Assembly (NCBI GenBank): GCA_964016885.1
Contig: OZ024743.1
Location: 77,996,001 to 78,060,000 of the forward strand
Direction: 5' to 3'
Length of the DNA stretch: 64,000 nucleotides
Origin: Eledone cirrhosa
Lineage: Eukaryota
Made by a program: the position numbers and the translations under genes. Each line of letters begins with the position of its first letter. Position 1 is the first letter of the stretch. Shown here piece after piece: positions 56,819 to 64,000 of this stretch. The notes beneath the pieces are model-generated. The model was given only the letters and a program-made list of their open reading frames with translations, was not told the origin of the DNA and did not search any database.

Positions 56819-59608
56819 TGTAGTGACCTACATTCCGCGGGCTCACATACATTCTCTGTGCGTGATTTGACTCAGTTCAGCCAACCAGCGCCAGTAGAAG
56901 AGGATGTATCCCTACGCGCCCTGAGGAAGAAGTTCCCCGCGAGGATTTGAAGAATCTCTCTCTTGTACCAGGAACTTAGAGCCAGCAACACGCATAATGT
57001 AACGGTGAGATTTTGCACCCCTAGCCTCGCCGGCTTAACGGCGCAATGGCACATTCCCTTTTGTGACCTCTTTTTATCTGTAACTTCAACCATATAAGTT
57101 AACAAACATTGTTTGTGCTACATCAAAAATAAACATACATTTCATCTCTAATTTCTGCTGTTGAAATCATTATTATGTTACTCGTGTCTCAATAACATCT
57201 ATAATCCATGCTGCTGGAATTGGCGACCTGACGAAAGGAATATTGTAAATACAAAGATGGTAAATAGATCGAGGGACCTTCCCTCACGTCTATGTCGACA
57301 AGACAATCCAACCAGGATACTATCACTTGCCACACTGGCAACTAACAACCTTCATTCAACTACCCTGTTAAAGTGGCGACCACGACTAACCATCCTGTTA
57401 AAGTGGTGACCGACGTAAGAATTTAACGCAGCCCTTCTTTTTTATTCAGTTGAACTTTTATTGCCGCGTTGCCGGCCTTTTCGCAACTTGCGAAAATACA
57501 AAATACTCCTTTTAAGATTTTTGAAAGATTAGCAGTATTTCAAGAACTTTTCGCCACGAGGAAATTTCAAAATGGCTACCGACAGGTCCTGTCTACAATC
57601 AACAACAACGACAGCAGCGGCAGCGACAGCATTGTTTAACCACTGACCAAAACAGGGAATAGTGAGTGGCAGCTTCATAGCCTTACCGACGCAAACCACC
57701 ACACATCGAAAATTTCAAAACGGCTTGTAACTTTACCGACGCAACCACCATACCTTCTGTCTCGTTACCACAGGGACTCGAGAAATTGAGACAGTAGTTT
57801 TCTCACCATTATGGCGTCAGAAGTGGCTGCCATGTTGGACTCTGGGTTCTTCAGCGCTTGACTGCTGCTATACAGAAGATTCATTGACTTTGCTTTAACA
57901 TCAAAACCTTATGTCACACAAGGTGGAAAGACGGTAGAATGGCCACGAAAACTCTCAAAAACACCATACATCTAACCCCTAACGGCATTAACAAACTTCT
58001 TTTTCAGTTTTCAGATAGAACTAGTGTCTGTACACTGGTGATGTGTGAACTATTTGACTTTGAAAAACTTTGAACTTATTGAGCAATTTCTCTGCTCCCT
58101 TAGATTGACTTTGAATTATCAGTTTGTTACATTCACATATTTTTTTGTAGAATGCATTTACTTGTTTTGTGCTCTTTTGCTATTTGCTTGCTCATGGTTT
58201 TTGTTCATTCACATTCTTTGCTGTTTTACATGCCTGCATATGCACACATTTTTTTTATCACACACTAACATGTTGTTCTGGGTATATGTTCTTCAAACGT
58301 AATATTCTGCGAGTCCCTTTTCACCTGGTTGAGGTGCTGTCATATGCTAGCAGCTCACAGAGCTTAATCCACTGGATTCAAACAGGCACCGCAACACGAG
58401 AATACTAATTGCAGCTGAACTCAAACAGCTTCGCATCTCGTTGCACACTGATCGTCCATGACGGCCATCCGTCTTGTTGTTTTTGCCCGACTCGCTGGGA
58501 AAGCAACAAATTGAACTGGACTTGTCAGCATTTCAGCCACTTCTGTGGATTCGCCCGAATTATGGAATTTACACTGCAACCCACCTACAGATTAAACTTG
58601 CTTTTTTTTTTTCTTTACAAAGCAACCAGCCATTTTTTCCTGGCTCCACAGCACATTCGACAATACATCTGGGGGCCATCATTTTCTCGCCAGCACTGGT
58701 AAACTACCATAATAGCTTCGTTCACAGCTACTGGTACAACGATTACCATTAACATCTAATGCAAGAACAGCAACTTCGCCCATGTCAGACTTTATCTGTT
58801 TTCTGGTAGGCCCTTGAGGGTCTCGTTTAAACTACAAAACAGCTAGTCATTTGACAGCGGCTCAACACGGCCCGTCGCGCCTAATTTTTTTTGTTCTTGC
58901 ATGAATCTTTCTGCTCAATTATTTTTTCACTGATGTGCTCGTTCAGCATTTGTTCTTGCTGATTCAATAATAGGTGGGTCCTTGGTTTCTTCGTTATCGA
59001 TTTTCGGCTGAAAATCTGCTCGGAGGTGATATAGTGACCTACATTCCGCGGGCTACATTCTCTGTGCGTGATTTGGCTCAGTTCAGCCAATCAGCGCCAG
59101 TAGAAGAGGATGTATCCCTACGCGCCCTGAGGAAGAAGTTCCCCGCGAGGATTTGAAGAATCTCTCTTTTCTACCAGGAACTTCGAGCCAGCAACACGCA
59201 TAATGTAACGGTGAGATTTTGCACCTCTAGCCTCGCCGGCTTTCCGGCGCAATGGCACATTCCCTTTTGTGACCTCTTTTTATATGTAACTTCAAACATT
59301 TAACTTAACAAACATTGTTTGTGCTACATCAAAAATAAACATACATTTCATCTCTAATTTCTGCTGTTGAAATCATTATTATGTTACTCGTGTCTCAATA
59401 ACATCAATAATCCATGCTGCTGGAATTGGCGACCTGACGAAAGGAATATTGTAAATACAAAGATGGTAAATAGATCGAGGGACCTTGCCTCACGTCTATG
59501 TCGACAAGATAATCCAACGAGGATACTATCACTTGCCACACTGGCAACTAACAACCTTCATTCAACTACCCTGTTAAAGTGGCGACCACGACTAACCATC
59601 CTGTTAAA
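56819..59608 (+). mobile_element. Internally deleted LTR retrotransposon (Gypsy-like) with ~580-bp LTRs
   Basis: LTRs 56819-57402 and 59030-59608. CTAC TSD at 56815-56818 and 59609-59612. PBS TGGTGACCGACGT at 57404. Purine-rich GGAGGTGA before the 3' LTR. RNase H-like scrap QHIRQYIWG at ~58650. Confidence 0.85.
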
Positions 59609-59716
59609 CTACTTATTTTTGCATTCAATTATGTATGTAATTATCACATAATTATTTAATTTGCTTTGACATTCTGCAAATTTTCATTGTCTATTTAACT
59701 CTTTTTGCGTACCTAA

Positions 59717-60671
59717 ATGATGTGTGAAGAACAAGATGTATATTCGCTCATGTCTATCTCCTGGTCTCGTATAGATTTCGACAAGGGGATTTTGATCCAT
59801 TCCTGTCCAGTGTAGCTTTGTTGTATTGTCTTTGTGTTTGCCGGTTGGTATTGTAGGGCTTGAAATTTTAGAGCATTTTCTATAAAAATTTTCTTTATAG
59901 TTTTTTCTATGGTCTTTACAAACACTAGCTCCATACCATAACTCCTCATTTATATATATATTTTTAAAAAATATATATCTATGGTCATATACTAATCTCA
60001 TACCATTCGCATCACCTCATTAATTCCTTATAGTGCATATCCCCTTTAACGATGTCTAAACAGGATAACATACCCACTAGTCTGTGACAAACTAATGACC
60101 AGCTTAAACCTCCTACCCCTAGTACAACCCCGCATTCTTTCATCTCATATCACGCAAAGCCCGACCACATCCACACCACACACATCACCACGTACAGGCC
60201 GACATGTCTAGGGCAAGCCAAAACACCACACCCTGCCACTCACATCAACCATTGCTCCTCACCACTACCTCGTCACTACACTCACCCCCACCCCACCTAT
60301 CGTATATGCCAAAACATTCCTCATAATTAAACCACCAATCAAAACAACATAAACTGACCAACATATGAATGCGAAATGTTAGACATTTATATGCCATGTA
60401 TATTTATTGTCATTACTACAACAGAGGTCAGACGAGCTTTTTATTCCAGAGGCGGACCAGATCGATACAGATCGAACCTTGAGCTGATCAATAGTGAAAC
60501 GCACATCACCAATCAAGAAACGTAACGAAGGCTTAATAAATCGTCCTTGTATTAATATTATATTACACTCTGTCTAGCTCTACTACACCTCGCCACTGAC
60601 ATGAACCTAAACATCGAGTGCTCACCTGGGTGAACCTAGAGTAACCCCACGTTACACTCCCTGTATATATA

Positions 60672-60747
<76 letters not shown>

Positions 60748-63700
60748 AAAATGGAACGGGAACAAAATAGAGAGACAGTACGAATAAAGGTTTATTAGTT
60801 TCACGCTCTTGAGAGGGGGGACGTTTCGGGCATAAGCACTTCTTCAGGCGAAAAGTGTGGGGGAAGAGAGTTCCAAGGGTATGTAGGGGAGTGGGGGAGA
60901 GACATTTAGAAAAAAGGGGGTGAGAGGAAACGGTACTAATGAAAATAAATATAAAAACATAATAAAAATTAAAATAAACATATATATATATATAAGGAGA
61001 AGAGATCGAAAATGCAACTGGAGTCTTTTAACGAATATTTATTTGTTTTCCTTATCAACACCACCTCCTCCTCATTTGATGTGACTAACAGAAGGTGAGT
61101 CATCAATATCAGTCAGCATAACAGCTGCAGCAGGGTTGGAACAAACTGGCACTCAAAGAATGAGTTGAGTTTTAGTTTCTGTTGATAAATCAATGTTCAC
61201 AATTTTACCATCAGGGGTTCTCACATATATAACAGAGAATTGGATATCCTTCACAAGGAGGGTGGGGTCACCATTTTCATCATCCTTGCTTTCTCTACTC
61301 TCTTCAACAAAACTTTCATCCGTTATTTCTTCTTTTAACACTTAGTAGGAATGGTTTCCTTTGTCTTCTAGCCAGATTCTACTGACATCTGTAGCATGTT
61401 TCACCTGCCTTTTGAAGTATATCATATCACAAAACTGTCAAACAGAATATTACAGATATGAGGTTATAGTAGTTCTTAACTGTTACTTACAGTTCTTTGT
61501 TCTTATGTGTCTTCCATAAGATTCTACTCCTCTATCACCATGACACTTTTGTTCACATCTTTAGTCATGAACTCTAGTGAGCTTCAAAACTGCAATGTAA
61601 AACTCGAAAGATAAAGAATAACTGGTGGTGTGAAGTTTCAAAAGAGATGCATAGGACTTATAGCTGCAGAGACTTGAAGGCATTATACAGCAAAATAAGG
61701 CAAGGTTGTTGGTCCACAGCCCTAAAAAGTGGTACCATTGAAGTCAAAAGATGGGAACGCCCTCATCGTAGATCCAACGGGAATCATGAGTCAGTGGACT
61801 AAACACTTTAAATATCTGTTTGACAACCCATCAGTAGTTGATGAGGGAAGTATTAATGGACTGCCTCAAAAAGAGACTGTAACAGATCAATGATCCAACC
61901 ATTGATGAGTTAAGGTCTACTGCTACAGCCGTTCATAGGCTCTCGATATACAAGGGCAAGGGCTCCAATTCGGAATGTGGTGATTGTCATGGTATAAGTC
62001 TGCTCGCATCAGTAGGAAAGTCTTATCCAATGTCTTGCTGAATCATCTAATAAAATGGATCTACCCTGTTGTCATCCCTGAGACCCAGTGTGGATTCAGA
62101 GCTGGCCGGGGTACTATGGACATGATTTTCTCAGCCCAAAAGCTTATAGTGAAATGTGTTGAGCAACAAGTGTCACTATACCAAGTATTTGCAGACCCTA
62201 CCAAAGCCTTCGATACTGTTAATGGTAGTGCATTGTGGGTTATATTAGGGAAACTTGTATTCCTCCATGAATTTGTTGAAATATTAAAAAAAATCCATAA
62301 AAATATGAAAGCAAAAGTGAACTTCAAAGGGACACTGTCAGAGCCAATATCAGTGGAAAATGGTGTGAAGCAAGACGACATACTTGCATCCACTCTGTTC
62401 TCCATCTACTTTGCCGGGGTGCTGACATATGCATTCCAAGCCTTCTAAATCGGTGTATACTTGTGTATTAGAACTTCTGGCAAAGTTTTTAATCTAAGAC
62501 TGTTTAACACCAAGTCCAAAACATCATCAGGCTTCTCTCGTTTTGGAGTAGGTAAACCCATATCTAAACGGAGAGAGGGCGGTGTTGGCTTTGCCATTAG
62601 AACACCCCTGCTTGATCGTATAGAATGTCCTATTGGTGTAACCGATCGCATTATGAAGCTTTGTATTCCTCTGAGACATGACTGTTATGTAACACTTTTA
62701 TCTGTTTATGCACCAAACCTATAGTCCAGTGAGATGGTCATTGATTCTTTCTATGAGTCTCTTCGTGCTGCCATTGCATGCACACCTGCTGATGATAAAT
62801 TATTACTTCTCGGTGATTTTAATGCTCGTGTGGGTAGTGATCACGAAAGATGGGGCGCCCTCGATCCATTTGGTATTGGTAAAATGGACACCAGCGACCT
62901 GAGGTTGCTTGAACTCTGCTCAGAACTCAACTTAACCGTCTGCAACACTCTTTTCCGCCAGAAGGTCAAATATAAATATACCTTATATCATCCAAATCCA
63001 AGCATGGACACATGATTGATTTCATCATCACTCTTAAACGAGATGGAAGTGATGTATGTACAGTGCGTGTGTTGCGTAGTGCAGAATGCGGCTACAAATT
63101 AGTGCGAGGAAAGTTCGAGATGAGTATTCACAAAAGAATTCGTATTAGTGGAGTGAAAATACCGAAACGCATTGATGTCACCAAATTGAGACAAGCAGAT
63201 GTACATGCAACCCTAACTGAAAGATCTGATGGTCTTTTGAAGGCACCTGGGAAAACTTTAGAGATAAAGTTTACTCAGTGGGAGCTGAGGTACTTGGCTT
63301 CAGAACCAAGAAACACCAGGACTGGTTCGATGACAACAATCTTAATATCAATCAGCTACTGAAAGTCAAGCACATTCTCTATGAAAAGCTCCTGAATCAG
63401 AATCCCGTAGCACAACCAGCTGTCAGGAAAGCCTACATAGATCACAAGGCATCACTGCAACGCGAACTGCGCAGGATGCAAAATGAATATTGGAGTAATA
63501 ACTCTTCGGAAATCCAATAGGCTTTTAACACCAAAGATTCGAAGTCAATTTACTCATTGATACGCCAAGACGTCGGCCCACCAACATCCTCAGTAACTCC
63601 TCTGAGTTCTAAAGACGATGCCAATATCTTCATCAAAGAGCCATAAAAAATCCTTCATCGTTGGGAGGAACATTTTACTGACCTGTTTGACCAACCATCA

Positions 63701-63758
63701 GCAGTCAATTTTGGAGTAATAGAGGGCCTTCCTCAATGTGAAACAGTCCACCGTATGG
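59717..63758. repeat. Right arm of an inverted segmental duplication
   Basis: Three blocks match the left arm in reverse complement and in colinear order: 59717-60664 with ~17938-18963, 60743-60980 with 16467-16708, and 60994-63758 with 6685-9457. Confidence 0.88.
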
Positions 63759-63960
63759 ATCGACTTTCCTCTGCTGATGAGATAAAGCTTGCAGTCAAGC
63801 AGGTTAACTCTGGCAAGGCACCAAGTCCAGATGGTATCTCATTCGAACTGCTGAAAGTCGGTAGTGATAATGTAACAGAAGCAATAAACAACTTCATCAC
63901 TGATTGCTGGAATGGGACCCCAGTTCCGCAAGACTGGATAAACAGTATTTTGTTATCATT
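61560..63960 (+). mobile_element. Tandem RTE LINE fragments (RT part, then APE-to-RT-start part)
   Basis: QCGFRAGRGT and GVKQDDILAS. Junction at ~62525. Then GDFNARVG, IDFII and GKAPSPDGI. Confidence 0.85.
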
Positions 63961-64000
63961 ATTGGCAGTATTGGTAGAGGGTCGGACGCCATGCTTTGAA
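63961..64000 (+). mobile_element. Start of a SINE copy
   Basis: TTGGCAGTATTGGTAGAGGGTCGGACGCCATGCTTT matches the SINE head. Confidence 0.65.

Overview
Eukaryotic, AT-rich, essentially gene-free repeat window. It is probably an invertebrate and plausibly an octopus or other cephalopod (inference from the SINE type and huge (TA)n tracts). It is a mosaic of retroelements nested in (TA)n microsatellites. Penelope-like elements (PLEs) of at least three RT/GIY-YIG types dominate: a near-intact Nematis-like copy at 50.7-56.4 kb, C-rich Neptune-like copies, and a family with a long insertion between RT motifs A and B'. There are also RTE, CRE and CR1-group LINE remnants, tRNA-derived SINEs, a MITE, a candidate solo LTR and an internally deleted LTR element with a TSD. 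Reading both strands by eye gives about 16-17 different type I hammerhead ribozyme (HHR) sequence families in more than 30 copies. Four ORF-less, HHR-bearing units with periods of about 317, 422, 455 and 532 nt look like retrozymes that could make circular RNAs. An inverted segmental duplication (about 6.7-20.8 kb versus 56.4-63.8 kb) provides filled and empty insertion sites. Most ORFs in the supplied track are microsatellite artefacts. All alignments and RNA folds were done by eye, so boundaries are approximate.
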